NCBI GenBank assembly: GCA_028693335.1
Contig: JAQUVR010000054.1
Coordinates: 1 to 5,001, forward strand
Length of the DNA stretch: 5,001 nucleotides
Direction of reading: 5' to 3'
From: Candidatus Iainarchaeum sp.
GTDB lineage: Archaea; Iainarchaeota; Iainarchaeia; Iainarchaeales; CSSED10-239
The position numbers and the translations under genes are program-made. Shown one piece after another: positions 4,850-5,001 of the stretch (positions within the stretch are counted from its first letter, which is position 1; each line of letters starts with the position of its first letter). A model generated the notes under the pieces. The model was not told the DNA's origin and searched no databases. It was given only the letters and a program-made list of their open reading frames with translations.

Positions 4850-5001
4850 ATGAATAAGCGAGGACAAATAACAATAGAATTTATTATTATTCTTGGTTTT
4901 ATATTGTTATTTGTTTTTTTTGTATTAACTAGTATCCATAAAGAGCTTAGTCAAGATCGTGCATTGTTATCAATAAAATCAAGAACTGTTGATTTAATTA
5001 A
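4850..5001 (+). CDS. Class III signal peptide protein (pilin-like), 3'-partial
   Basis: Not in the ORF track. ATG 4850 lies 7 nt after the upstream stop. Translation: MNKRG|QITIEFIIILGFILLFVFFVLTSIHKELSQDRALLSIKSRTVDLI..., 50 codons open to the window end. It has the Q+1/E+5/F+6 motif followed by a hydrophobic helix. Confidence 0.75.
   Translation, partial: MNKRGQITIEFIIILGFILLFVFFVLTSIHKELSQDRALLSIKSRTVDLI

Noticed and set aside
1-5001. Alternative genetic code (TGA recoding): all eight visible stops are TAA or TAG, never TGA
   Set aside because: Standard-code translation gives intact ORFs of sensible length with tight spacing. No in-frame TGA interrupts any gene, and Trp is encoded by TGG. 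The absence of TGA stops is explained by AT-rich stop preference in a small sample.

Overview
This AT-rich window has every supported gene on the + strand. It reads as an archaeal type IV filament (pilus) assembly locus of the class III signal peptide / EppA-dependent (Epd) kind, with strong resemblance to bacterial Tad/Flp systems. Gene order: two adjacent single-T2SSF-domain membrane platform proteins (the first is cut off at the contig edge); a 59-aa headless mini-pilin; two tandem paralogous pilins (about 160-170 aa) with C-terminal beta-sandwich-like domains, each with its own AT-rich upstream region; a second 59-aa mini-pilin; an unusually long (375 aa) A24-family GxGD aspartyl prepilin peptidase; and two more class III signal peptide proteins, the last running off the 3' end. 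All six prepilins share [KR]-[GA]|Q-x-x-x-E-[FY] followed by a hydrophobic helix. Three of these genes are absent from the supplied ORF track (1619..1798, 3044..3223, 4850..>5001). A hairpin plus oligo-T terminator follows the first large pilin gene, which also has the best Shine-Dalgarno site, so it is the likely major subunit. Bases 1-12 are an Illumina adapter tail, which suggests a metagenomic contig end. No assembly ATPase lies in the window; it is presumably upstream of the truncated edge. I saw no rRNA, tRNA, CRISPR array or mobile element. The composition, the SD-led genes and the archaeal pilin motifs fit a low-GC archaeon (possibly DPANN-like), but that assignment is inference only. 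All domain assignments come from reading motifs by eye, not from searches.
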